In this document: in pieces, positions 28,189 to 37,308 of the stretch
How the letters are laid out: each line of letters starts with the position of its first letter
Position numbering within the stretch: the first letter of the stretch is position 1
Source of the DNA: Vulcanimicrobiales bacterium
Lineage (GTDB): Bacteria > Vulcanimicrobiota > Vulcanimicrobiia > Vulcanimicrobiales > Vulcanimicrobiaceae
Assembly: GCA_038231455.1 (NCBI GenBank)
Contig: JBBRLI010000006.1
Span: 32,001 to 96,000, forward strand
Direction: 5' to 3'
Length of the DNA: 64,000 bases
The notes under the pieces: model-generated
The model's input: only the letters and a program-made list of their open reading frames with translations
What the model was told of the DNA's origin: nothing
Database searches by the model: none
Made by a program: the position numbers and the translations under genes

Positions 28189-29445
28189 ATGGATCTGCTG
28201 CGTCGCGATATCGAGCTTGACTGGCACCCCGACGCCTGCGCGCGCGTCCCATACGCCCTCTACACCGATCGCGCGATTTACGAACGCGAACTCGATCGGC
28301 TGTTTTATCGCGGTCACTGGTGCTATGTCGGCCTCGAATGCGAGATTCCAAATTTCGGCGATTTTAAGCGCACGTCGATCGGCGAACGCGACGTGATCGT
28401 CGTGCGTGACAAGAGCGGCGCGATCAATGTGGTCGAAAACCGCTGCGCGCATCGCGGCGTTCAGTTTTGTCAAAAATCGTTCGGCCAAACGAAAACGTTC
28501 GTGTGTCCGTACCACCAGTGGAGTTACGACCTGCGTGGCAACCTCATCGGTCTGCCGTTTCGCAAAGGCGTCAAGCAAGGCGAGAAAGTCAACGGCGGCA
28601 TGCCGCCGGATTTCGATCTTGCCGATCATTCGCTGACGACGCTCGCGGTTGAGTCCTGGAACGGCGTCATTTTCGCCTCGTTCGATCGCGATGTCGCGCC
28701 GCTCCGTTCGTTTGTCGGACCCGAAGTTGGGAACTACATGGATCGCATCTTCGATGGCCGCGAGCTCACGCTGCTTGGCTATTCACGTCAGCGCATTCCG
28801 GGCAACTGGAAGCTCATGCAAGAGAATATCAAGGATCCGTACCATCCGGGTCTCTTGCATACGTGGTTCGTTACGTTCGGCTTGTGGCGCGCGGATCAGC
28901 AGTCACAGATGGTCGTCGATGCGCGCGGTCGTCACGCGGCGATGGTTTCGCGCAAGAACGATGGTGGCAAGAGCGATGCAGTAACTGCCGGTGTGACGAG
29001 TTTCAAAGAAAACATGGTGCTGCAAGATGACCGGGTGCTCGACGTGGTGATCGAACCGTGGTGGAACGGGCCGACCGTCACGATGCTCACGCTCTTTCCG
29101 AGCTTGATCGTGCAGCAGCAAGTCAACTCGCTCTCGACGCGCCAGATCATCCCGACCGGAACCGACACCTTCGATTTTGTCTGGACGCACTTCGGATTCA
29201 AAGATGACGATGCGGAAATGACGCGGCGTCGCTTACGTCAAGCCAATCTCTTCGGCCCCGCGGGATATGTCTCGGCAGACGATGGTGAGGTGATCGAACT
29301 CTCGCAGCGCGGCTTCGATCAGCACGGCGATCTTGCAACGGTGTGTGAACTCGATGGCCGCGGGATGGGCGGCGCCGATCACAACGTCACCGAGACGCTC
29401 ATTCGGTCGATGTACGGCTACTATCGCGAGGTGATGGAACTATGA
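28189..29445 (+). CDS. nagG: Salicylate 5-hydroxylase-like Rieske oxygenase, large subunit
   Basis: CAHRG...CPYHQW; NWKLMQENIKDPYHPGLLHTWF; QANLFGPAGYVSADDGEVIE, all recalled from NagG. Confidence 0.88.
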   Translation: MDLLRRDIELDWHPDACARVPYALYTDRAIYERELDRLFYRGHWCYVGLECEIPNFGDFKRTSIGERDVIVVRDKSGAINVVENRCAHRGVQFCQKSFGQTKTFVCPYHQWSYDLRGNLIGLPFRKGVKQGEKVNGGMPPDFDLADHSLTTLAVESWNGVIFASFDRDVAPLRSFVGPEVGNYMDRIFDGRELTLLGYSRQRIPGNWKLMQENIKDPYHPGLLHTWFVTFGLWRADQQSQMVVDARGRHAAMVSRKNDGGKSDAVTAGVTSFKENMVLQDDRVLDVVIEPWWNGPTVTMLTLFPSLIVQQQVNSLSTRQIIPTGTDTFDFVWTHFGFKDDDAEMTRRRLRQANLFGPAGYVSADDGEVIELSQRGFDQHGDLATVCELDGRGMGGADHNVTETLIRSMYGYYREVMEL

Positions 29446-29927
29446 TTGCCGCTCCCGTCGTGTCGGTCGCCGACCGCTTGCGGATCGAAGACCTCTATGC
29501 CGAATACTCCGCATGTTTAGATGAGGGGCGCTACGATGCGTGGCCCGAGTTTTTCACCATCGATTGTTCGTACCGAATCGTCGCGCGCGAAAATTACGAT
29601 CGCGGGCTGCCGCTCGCGCTCTTATCGTTCGAAAGCCGCGGAATGCTGATCGACCGCGTGTACGGCATTACGCAAACGCTCTTCCACGAGCCGTACTATC
29701 AGCGCCACATCGTCTCGGGCTTTATCGTCAAGCCGGACGGCAATGCGTTCGCGGTCCGTGCGAATTATCTCGTCGTGCGGACGAAAGCGGCGGCCTTGCC
29801 GGAAGTGTATAGCGTCGGGCGCTACGTGGACCGGATCGTCGAACACGACGGCTCGCTGCGATTCGCAGAAAAAATCTGCATCTTCGATAGCGAGCTCATC
29901 GCAAACTCGATGATCTATCCGATCTAG
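29442..29927 (+). CDS. nagH: Salicylate 5-hydroxylase-like small subunit
   Basis: RENYDRGLPL, LSFESRGMLIDRVYGI, PYYQRHIV, FDSELIANSMIYPI. Confidence 0.88.
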   Translation: MIAAPVVSVADRLRIEDLYAEYSACLDEGRYDAWPEFFTIDCSYRIVARENYDRGLPLALLSFESRGMLIDRVYGITQTLFHEPYYQRHIVSGFIVKPDGNAFAVRANYLVVRTKAAALPEVYSVGRYVDRIVEHDGSLRFAEKICIFDSELIANSMIYPI

Positions 29928-30806
29928 CTAGCGCACCGCGCCAACGGGTGCGCCGATGCGGACCGCGTTGCGTAGGATGCCGATCTTTTGGATCTCGACT
30001 TCCATCACGTCGCCGTCTTTGAGGAACTCGGGAGGCGTGCGCGCAAAGCCGACGCCTTCGGGCGTTCCCGTTGCGATAACGTCGCCCGGTTCGAGCGTGA
30101 GACCGTGCGAGAGGCTCGCGATGATACGACGCAGGTTGAAGATCATCGCGGCGGTGTTGGCCGACTGTTTCACATCGCCGTTGACGCGCAGCGCGATATC
30201 GAGCGTCTGCGGATCGCCGATCTCGGCTGCATCCACGATCCAAGGGCCAATCGGGCACGAGTTGTCGAGCGTCTTGCCTTTGAACCACTGCACGTGTTTA
30301 TTTTGGAGGTCGCGCGCGGTAATGTCGTTCAGGCACGCGTAGCCAAAGATGACATCGAGGGCGTCCGCTTCGCTGACGTTCTTGCATTTTTTGCCGATGA
30401 CGACCGCGAGCTCCGCTTCCCAATCGTACTGGCTCGAAACATCGGCCATCAGTTCGAGCGTTTGATCGGGGTCGGCGACCGCAGTCGGCGCCTTGGAAAA
30501 GAACGTGGGAACGTCCGGAAGCTTGAGCTCGACGCCGCGTACGCGTGCGCCCTCTTCGGCGTGCGCGAGATAGTTGCGGCCGACGCAGAAAATGTTCTTC
30601 CGCGGTGTCACCGGCGCATGCAGATGCGCCGATGCAAGCGGGACCGCGGGACTCAAGGCGCCGAGCGCTGCTTTGCGGTCGGCTGCATCCATCGCGATGA
30701 ATTCTTCAAGGCGCGTGACCGCCTCCGCGAACGGGCGAATCGAATCGCCTTCGAGCACCCCGGGGCGCCGAGCGCTGCCGCCGGTGCTGAACGTTACGTA
30801 TCGCAT
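29928..30806 (-). CDS. Fumarylacetoacetate hydrolase family protein
   Basis: CVGRNY, DWEAEL, NDITARD, GDVIATGTPEGVG; SD GAAGGAGA before ATG 30806. Confidence 0.92.
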   Translation of the reverse strand: MRYVTFSTGGSARRPGVLEGDSIRPFAEAVTRLEEFIAMDAADRKAALGALSPAVPLASAHLHAPVTPRKNIFCVGRNYLAHAEEGARVRGVELKLPDVPTFFSKAPTAVADPDQTLELMADVSSQYDWEAELAVVIGKKCKNVSEADALDVIFGYACLNDITARDLQNKHVQWFKGKTLDNSCPIGPWIVDAAEIGDPQTLDIALRVNGDVKQSANTAAMIFNLRRIIASLSHGLTLEPGDVIATGTPEGVGFARTPPEFLKDGDVMEVEIQKIGILRNAVRIGAPVGAVR

Positions 30807-30895
30807 ACTGTCTCCTTCGATGCGCATCTCGCGGGTCGCGGCGCGGGTCGAAACGTATCACCGGGGTATCGCCTATTCCTGCGAGAGGACGTTCC

Positions 30896-31834
30896 ATGAT
30901 CGCCGCCGATTCGCTCGACCAAGTTCTGAGGGCAGCCCAGGTCCATGCCGCGCAGCCGCTCTGGACGGTCATGGACGCAATGGTGCCGCCGGCGCCGAAT
31001 CCGCGCGCGGTTCCCCACCTCTGGCGGTATGCCGACCTCCGTCCGCTGTTGCTTCGCGCGGGCGAACTCGTCGGCACCGAAGAGGCCGAGCGTCGCGTGT
31101 TCATGCTGGTGAATCCGGCCATGCGGGCGCCGTTCACGACCGATACGCTGTATGCGGGCCTACAGTACATTCGCCCGGGCGAAGTCGCACGGGCACATCG
31201 GCACATGGCGTTCGCACTGCGCTTTATTGTCGAAGGCGACGGTGCGTACACGGCGGTCGGCGGCGAGAAGGTCACGATGGAACGCGGCGACGTGATCCTC
31301 ACGCCAACGTGGGATTTTCACGATCACGGGCATGAGGGCAAGCAAGGAATGATCTGGCTCGACGGCCTGGATCTGCCGCTCTTTCAGTGGCTACCGACCA
31401 ATTTTGCGCAGCCGTATCACGAGCCGCGTTATCCCTCGGAACCGTCGACTGCCGATTCTCACTTGAAATATCCGTGGGCCGAGATGCAAGCCAAACTCGA
31501 CGCGCACGTGGGGCCGTTTGCCGAAGAACGCTACGCACACCGGCACACGGGCGGTCATATCTCGAAGACGCTCGGAGCTGCAGCCGAGCGCCTTGCGGCC
31601 GGCGCCACCTCGCCGAAGCGACGCGAAACCGCAAGCTCGGTCTACCACGTGCATAGCGGCACGGGCATGACGACCATCGGCGAGACGACGCTGCACTGGG
31701 AATCCGGTGATACGATCGCGATTCCGGCGTGGATGCCATTCGAACATCACGCAACGGATGCGACGTATTTCTTCCGGTTCGATGACAAACCGATGCTCGA
31801 TGCTCTCGGCTACTACAAGCGCGAGGACGGCTAA
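30896..31834 (+). CDS. Gentisate 1,2-dioxygenase-like bicupin
   Basis: AERRVFMLVNP, TLYAGLQ, AHRH...ALRFI, HDHG, WLDGLDLP. Confidence 0.87.
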   Translation: MIAADSLDQVLRAAQVHAAQPLWTVMDAMVPPAPNPRAVPHLWRYADLRPLLLRAGELVGTEEAERRVFMLVNPAMRAPFTTDTLYAGLQYIRPGEVARAHRHMAFALRFIVEGDGAYTAVGGEKVTMERGDVILTPTWDFHDHGHEGKQGMIWLDGLDLPLFQWLPTNFAQPYHEPRYPSEPSTADSHLKYPWAEMQAKLDAHVGPFAEERYAHRHTGGHISKTLGAAAERLAAGATSPKRRETASSVYHVHSGTGMTTIGETTLHWESGDTIAIPAWMPFEHHATDATYFFRFDDKPMLDALGYYKREDG

Positions 31835-32322
31835 TGGATTCGGTCATCGATGCGAGTCTGCCGTTTCCCGAAGCGGATCTGCGCGATCATCCGCCGCGCA
31901 ACGCGCGCGTGATGCTCGGCGGCTTGTATTTTCTTGCGCGCACGATCGATAAAGCCAAAGCGAAAATCAACGGCACGCTCGGCGAGTACAAGATCGGCCC
32001 CGGTATTTCGATGTATCTCTTCGAGTGGCTCGGCATCGGCGATGCGGATTTCGTCGATGCGGTACGCACGCTCAAAACCGACGAGGCGATCGTCGCCTGG
32101 ATTCACGAACGTACCGATGCAACGCAGTACGACGATATCAATATGCGCCTTTCGACGCGTGCGATTCGCGATGACGAACACTTTGAGGCGGTGCTTCCGG
32201 CCTACCCGTTACTGAACGAACATCCGCACTTGCGAAATTGGTTTGAGATTTTCGATCTCGACGATGAGTGGATTTTCGATCAGAAAAACCGCAAACACGT
32301 GCCGAGCGGTCAGTACGACTAG
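31834..32322 (+). CDS. DUF5069-like protein
   Basis: DLRDHPPR...LGGLYFLARTIDKAKA...GTLGEY; TAATG overlap. Confidence 0.75.
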   Translation: MDSVIDASLPFPEADLRDHPPRNARVMLGGLYFLARTIDKAKAKINGTLGEYKIGPGISMYLFEWLGIGDADFVDAVRTLKTDEAIVAWIHERTDATQYDDINMRLSTRAIRDDEHFEAVLPAYPLLNEHPHLRNWFEIFDLDDEWIFDQKNRKHVPSGQYD

Positions 32323-32861
32323 TGGAGCTACCGCAAGTCGGCGAGCACGCGCCGGACGTCGTCCTCGCATTGCCGATTCCGCGGCCCGCGCTCGTCTTGT
32401 GGCTGCGGCACGTCGGTTGACGATTCTTCGCTGAGCCGCTCGCGCAGTTGCGCGAACTCGACCGGGACTTCGCCGCACTCGGCGTGAGCGTACGCGCGAT
32501 CACGATCGGCTCGCAAGACAAAGCCGAGAGATTTTGCGCGATTCACAACCCCGAGGCGATCTGCATCGGCGATGTCGACATGCACACGTATAAGGCGATG
32601 GGGTTCGATGATTTCGATCTGACGAAACTCAAGACGACGCCCGCGCTCACCGCACGTCGCGCAGAAAATGAAGCCGCCGGATTCGTTCAAAACTGGGACG
32701 AAACGAAAATCGAGGATGCCGCGCAAAATCCGGGAGCCGCACTCATCGATCGCGACGGCGTGCTGCGCTGGATCTACCGCGGCGTCCATCCCGGCGATTT
32801 GCCCGCGCTAAAGGCGATGTTCGACGTGACGAAACGGTCGATCGAACCGGGTCGGACGTAG
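32322..32861 (+). CDS. AhpC/TSA (peroxiredoxin-like, thioredoxin-fold) selenoprotein, Sec at TGA 32418-32420
   Basis: GTG 32322 overlaps the upstream TAG and is in frame with ORF 32448-32861. Reads PQVGEHAPD...VLWLRHVG-U-RFFAEPLAQLRE; C-terminal QNPGAALIDRDGVLRWIY. Confidence 0.78.
32440..32455 (+). promoter_or_regulatory. Putative SECIS hairpin
   Basis: TCGCGC-AGTT-GCGCGA; loop starts 25 nt after the TGA, G at loop position 2. Confidence 0.55.
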
Positions 32862-33137
32862 CTAGTCGTCGATGATTTCCGGGCGCGCCGACGTGGGTCG
32901 GCGCGTGAGATGCCAGAAGCCGCAGTACGTGCACTCATAGGTCGAGAGCTTCATGCCGTTCATCGCGGCGATCGCTCGTGCTTCGCCTTCGCTCTTGTAC
33001 GGCTGCTTCGATGCGCAACTGCGCGCGATGTCTTTGTCTTGATCCGCTTCGATGTTCGTGCGGTTACGTAGGTAAAACGCCATGAGCGATTCGGGCTCGC
33101 TCGGCGTCTTGCTGCGACCGGGTTTCCGGCGCGCCAC
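32862..33137 (-). CDS. Small putative Zn-binding protein
   Basis: C..K..Y...EAR...YECTYCGFWHLT motif. Confidence 0.72.
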   Translation of the reverse strand: MARRKPGRSKTPSEPESLMAFYLRNRTNIEADQDKDIARSCASKQPYKSEGEARAIAAMNGMKLSTYECTYCGFWHLTRRPTSARPEIIDD

Positions 33138-33143
33138 GTGGGC

Positions 33144-33758
33144 TTAGAGCCAGCGAACGGCGTCGTCGAGCGAGCGGCGCTCTTTGCGCGCGGCAACGAG
33201 CGGCTGCATCGGATTTCCGACGACGAGACTCGTGAATATTTTGAATCCCGGCTCGACGCCGAGCAGGGCCATCATCTCTTTTTGAAAGGCGAGTCCGCGC
33301 GTCCAACTTGTAAATTGGCTCGCAAGGCCCGCGGCCGTCGCCTCGAGCGACATCGCCATGAGCGCACACGCGCAGGCCTCGGATGATTCGGGATACCGGT
33401 CGTCTTGCAATACGACGATAGCGATGCCGTTTTCCGGCAGCACGTGACCGGAAGCTTGGCGTTGGAGGCCGGCTTCGTATTCGGGGTTTTTCAGGCGCTT
33501 ATTCATCGCACCGAAGAGTCCGCGCATCTTCATGAACGTGTCGCGCGATTTGTTCGCACCGGCGCGGAGCTGTTCGTACTTCTCACGGTCGCGCACCACG
33601 ACGAAACGGAACGGCTGCGTGTTGAAGAGTGATGGCGCATTCCGGCCCGCATCGAGAACCCGGCGTAGCGCCATCGGCGGGAGCGGCCCCGGCGCGAATG
33701 CTCGAGCGTGGCTGGTCCGTTCGAGGAGCGCAAGGGCGCCCGGAACGGCGGGGGTCAT
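33144..33758 (-). CDS. Nitroreductase family protein
   Basis: RTSHARAF, APSLFNTQPFRFVVV. Confidence 0.88.
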   Translation of the reverse strand: MTPAVPGALALLERTSHARAFAPGPLPPMALRRVLDAGRNAPSLFNTQPFRFVVVRDREKYEQLRAGANKSRDTFMKMRGLFGAMNKRLKNPEYEAGLQRQASGHVLPENGIAIVVLQDDRYPESSEACACALMAMSLEATAAGLASQFTSWTRGLAFQKEMMALLGVEPGFKIFTSLVVGNPMQPLVAARKERRSLDDAVRWL

Positions 33759-34282
33759 GGCGTGGGTTTTGGCCTCGGTGTCGATTTGGTGATGTCCTTG
33801 AGATCGGGCAGAGTGACCGATTTCTGCTTCTGGGCATCGAGTTCAGCCCGGCGCGAGGCCTTGTGCTCCATATTGAGCGCGGCGCCTTCGGCATTCGGGT
33901 CGACGCCGCCGGCCGAGACCAGTTTGACGTCGCGCGTCACGCCACCGTGGGCGGGCGTGTAGTCGTAGGAGAGCCGGTAGACGCCCGAGATCGCGCTGCC
34001 GTCTTCTTTGCGGATAAACGCCTGCAAGACGTTTCCGTAGGTGCGGGCGTTGAACCCGACGTCCTTGCACGGCTTGACCGAGCGGACTTTCGTTACCTGA
34101 CCGAGTTTATTGACCTCGACCGTGTATTCCGTGTGCAACGGAACCTTGGGCAGTACCGACTTTGGCTGGGCTTTCGTCAGGTTGATCGGAGCCGCGGCTG
34201 GCGCTGGCGAGGCGGCCTCTGCCGATCCGGCGCCGAGCCAAGCGAGCGCGGCTGCCGCCGCGAGGATGCGCAGCGCGTTCAA
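33755..34282 (-). CDS. Secreted hypothetical protein
   Basis: Signal peptide; ATGA overlap with the nitroreductase. Confidence 0.72.
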   Translation of the reverse strand: MNALRILAAAAALAWLGAGSAEAASPAPAAAPINLTKAQPKSVLPKVPLHTEYTVEVNKLGQVTKVRSVKPCKDVGFNARTYGNVLQAFIRKEDGSAISGVYRLSYDYTPAHGGVTRDVKLVSAGGVDPNAEGAALNMEHKASRRAELDAQKQKSVTLPDLKDITKSTPRPKPTP

Positions 34283-34455
34283 TTACGTGAAATCGCCGCA
34301 AACGCAGCGCCACAGGAAGCGCACGCAACGATCACTTGGAACGTTGCCGCGGCTGCGCGTAATTCTCGGACATTCTTATCGTGTTCATCGCACCCACAGT
34401 AACGACACGGTATCGATGTCGAGTTCCCTTTTGGCCGTTCGTCGTCCACATCCAC
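34279..34455 (-). CDS. Small CxxC...CxxC zinc-ribbon-like protein
   Basis: PCRYCGC...VACASCG; stop overlaps the TTG of the next gene; start uncertain. Confidence 0.55.
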   Translation of the reverse strand: MDVDDERPKGNSTSIPCRYCGCDEHDKNVRELRAAAATFQVIVACASCGAAFAAISRN

Positions 34456-34523
34456 GCGATTTCCCGCTGATGGATATGTGCCCTCTCGCGGGATGGCGTC
34501 GCGTTCCAAGCGAACTTAGGGCG

Positions 34524-34940
34524 ATGTTCAAACGTGTTGCGCTCGTTCTTTCGCTTGTGGTTTTGCTTGCCGGCTGCAAGGAGAGCAAGCCCGGATCCGC
34601 CGTGTCGTTCGTCGGCATCGGCAGTACGGTGATTACCGATACGACGATCGTTCCCAGCAGCGATGCCAATCCGACGCTCTCCGGCACGAGTGTGAACTAC
34701 CTGATCATGAAGATCACCTACACGAATGATGGGAACGTCGATACGACGCCGCTCATCAACCACTTTATTTTGACGGACAACTCGGGCAACCGGATCGCCG
34801 CGACCGATCAGGGATCGGGCGCTCTCACGGGTATCTCGAACTACGTCGGGATCGTGAAGAAGGGCGACAAGCACGACTACACGATTGCCTTCCGCGCGCA
34901 AACCTCGACGCTTGCGGGAACGGTCGGCTACGAACCGTAG
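34524..34940 (+). CDS. Lipoprotein (DUF4352/Ig-like)
   Basis: MFKRVALVLSLVVLLAGC lipobox; F.LTD.SG motif. Confidence 0.75.
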   Translation: MFKRVALVLSLVVLLAGCKESKPGSAVSFVGIGSTVITDTTIVPSSDANPTLSGTSVNYLIMKITYTNDGNVDTTPLINHFILTDNSGNRIAATDQGSGALTGISNYVGIVKKGDKHDYTIAFRAQTSTLAGTVGYEP

Positions 34941-37308
34941 ATTTGGGGCGCTAATCGGAGCGCTGGTGCTGCTGCTTGCAACACCGGCCGGCGCGGCGCG
35001 GCCGCTGCTCGATTCGCACCAGTGGGATTCGTATTTCGCGCTGTACGCTCGAGACGCAAGCGTGCCATGGAAGCACCCTGCCGTTCGGCTCGATACGTTC
35101 TCCGGCGCCCCGGTCGAATTTGCCGCATACGCAGCGGATCCGGCGGACGTGATCGTCGCGGGGGCGTATGCGAAGCCGCGTCCGCTCGATGTGTCGCATC
35201 GCGTGCCCGTTACGCGCTGGAAGTTTACGCCGCCGCCGGGCTATCAATTCGAAGCAAACGACGTCGAGCTGCCGCTCACCGATCGCGAAGGGTTCTACGT
35301 GATCGAAGCGCGGCGCGGCGATGCAACGCAGCAAGTGTGGGTGAATCTCTCCCGCATCGCGCTCCTCACCAAAGAATCGCCGGGCGGAACGCTGGTCTAC
35401 GCGACGGATTTACGGACGGGTCGCGCGATGCGCGCGATGTCGGTCTCGTATCTCGTCGGTTCGACACTCGTGCCGGGCAAAACCGACGAGCAAGGCATCT
35501 CTCGTCTTCCCTCCGGCACGCGAGCGCGTTTTGCGCTCGCACAATCCGGTAAGTCCTGGGCGTTTGTGTCGTTCTTGCCGCAATCGCCGGTGCCGACGAG
35601 CCTGGTGGGTGTGCGCGTGGAGCGCGGTGTCGTGCGTGCAGGCGATCGCGTGCGTGCAATCGGGTTCGCACGCAAACGTGTCGGCCCGACATTCCGGCCC
35701 GCAACGGGCGAGGCGAAAGTGTCGCTGCTCGTGCGCGGCCGCGCGATTGCGACGGCACTCTCCAAACTCGATAGTGCGGGTGCGTTTTCCGCTGAGGTGA
35801 CCGTCCCCGCTGATGTCTCAACGGGCGAAGCGGTGGTACTCGCGACGAGCGGCAGCGCAACGGGCGGTGCGACCGTGCGGATCGAGGGCGGCGGCGATCT
35901 GACACTTGCAATCGTTGCGCCGTGCACGACATCGTGCCCCGCAGAAAGCGCCTTTCCGATCACGGTAAGCGCGCATCGCGCGAACGTTGCGGTACCGAAT
36001 GCCGACGTGCATGTGAAGATCGCGCGCACACCGCATATTTTGCCGCCCGGCGAACCCGAAGAGACGGTCCATTGGGGCACGACGACCGTCTTCGATCAAA
36101 CCGTCCGCACCGATGCCGCGGGCAACGCGAGGGTGACGATTCCGGCCAACAGCGACGGGCTCGCGTCGACGTACGGTATCGCTGCCTCGACGTCCTCGAC
36201 GATCGCACAGTCGCAGATCTCCGCGCCAACGGCCAAAATCGCGCTGTCGGTCGATCCGCTCAAAGAAGCGATCGACGTCGGCGAGGCCGCCGCGATCGAC
36301 GTGCGCGCGTTCGACGCGCTGGACGGCAATCCGACGCCGAATATAACGGTCAATGTCAAGCTGACGCACGGCGTGACCGTCCAGGTCGATCGCGTGAAAC
36401 TCGACGCGCAAGGTCGCGGTCGAGCGACCTTTCACGACGTTGCGCTCGGCACGAATTTCGTGACGGCCGATGTCGATATCGAGGGGCGTCATGCCTTTGA
36501 TGCGGCATCCGTGACCGTCGCTCCGAGCGCGCTCGGAGCGACGACGACTTTGCGCAGTTCGGAGATCGCGCTCGTCCCGGATAAGGCGCGCTACAAACCC
36601 GGTGAGAAGCTCAACCTCAGCGCGGTTCTCGCGGGCGCGACGGGTGATGCGATCCTCACGCTCGAGGGTGCGCGGCCGTACGAGGCCCATACGGTCACCA
36701 CGCGCGACGGTCGGGCGACGGCGTCATTCACGGTGCCGGAGAGTTTCGGCGATTGCTATATCGGCGCGGCGTTCGTCAAAGACGGCGCTCTCGCATACAG
36801 TACGCTCAAGATCGCGATCGACGGGCCGGGGCATCCGCGCCTGACCGCGCTCTCCGCGGATAAAGCTTCTTACGCGCCGGGTGAGGTTGCGAAGATCACC
36901 GTGCACGACGGCGATTTCAAAGGGACGTCGACAATCGCGGTGCGCCTTGCCGACGGCCGCTCGGCGCGCAGCGCAAGTTTTGACGATGCACCGGGACTGC
37001 TCGCGGTCGCCGGAACGACGTCGCAAGATATTGCCTCGATCGATCCCACCTGGCACGCGTATGTGGCACCCGCAAAATCGACCGCCGGTGATATCTTCGC
37101 CTTCGATCGTCCCCGTGCGCGTGTCGCGCCCGAAAGCGCGCTTGCGGTCGCTGCACCGCGGAACTTCGTGTGGAAAATCGAACGCGTCGAACGCGAAACG
37201 ATCGACGTCACGCTTCCCAAAGAAAAAGGCCGCTTCGTGCTCTCACTTCTCAAGCTCACCGATGACGGCGATGTTGGCGCTGCGACCATTCCGATCGTGG
37301 TGCAGTAG
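34912..37308 (+). CDS. Secreted alpha-2-macroglobulin-like MG-domain protein
   Basis: Signal peptide; TDEQGI, DKARYKPGE, DKASYAPGE MG signatures; no CxEQ; start uncertain. Confidence 0.65.
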   Translation: MRERSATNRRFGALIGALVLLLATPAGAARPLLDSHQWDSYFALYARDASVPWKHPAVRLDTFSGAPVEFAAYAADPADVIVAGAYAKPRPLDVSHRVPVTRWKFTPPPGYQFEANDVELPLTDREGFYVIEARRGDATQQVWVNLSRIALLTKESPGGTLVYATDLRTGRAMRAMSVSYLVGSTLVPGKTDEQGISRLPSGTRARFALAQSGKSWAFVSFLPQSPVPTSLVGVRVERGVVRAGDRVRAIGFARKRVGPTFRPATGEAKVSLLVRGRAIATALSKLDSAGAFSAEVTVPADVSTGEAVVLATSGSATGGATVRIEGGGDLTLAIVAPCTTSCPAESAFPITVSAHRANVAVPNADVHVKIARTPHILPPGEPEETVHWGTTTVFDQTVRTDAAGNARVTIPANSDGLASTYGIAASTSSTIAQSQISAPTAKIALSVDPLKEAIDVGEAAAIDVRAFDALDGNPTPNITVNVKLTHGVTVQVDRVKLDAQGRGRATFHDVALGTNFVTADVDIEGRHAFDAASVTVAPSALGATTTLRSSEIALVPDKARYKPGEKLNLSAVLAGATGDAILTLEGARPYEAHTVTTRDGRATASFTVPESFGDCYIGAAFVKDGALAYSTLKIAIDGPGHPRLTALSADKASYAPGEVAKITVHDGDFKGTSTIAVRLADGRSARSASFDDAPGLLAVAGTTSQDIASIDPTWHAYVAPAKSTAGDIFAFDRPRARVAPESALAVAAPRNFVWKIERVERETIDVTLPKEKGRFVLSLLKLTDDGDVGAATIPIVVQ

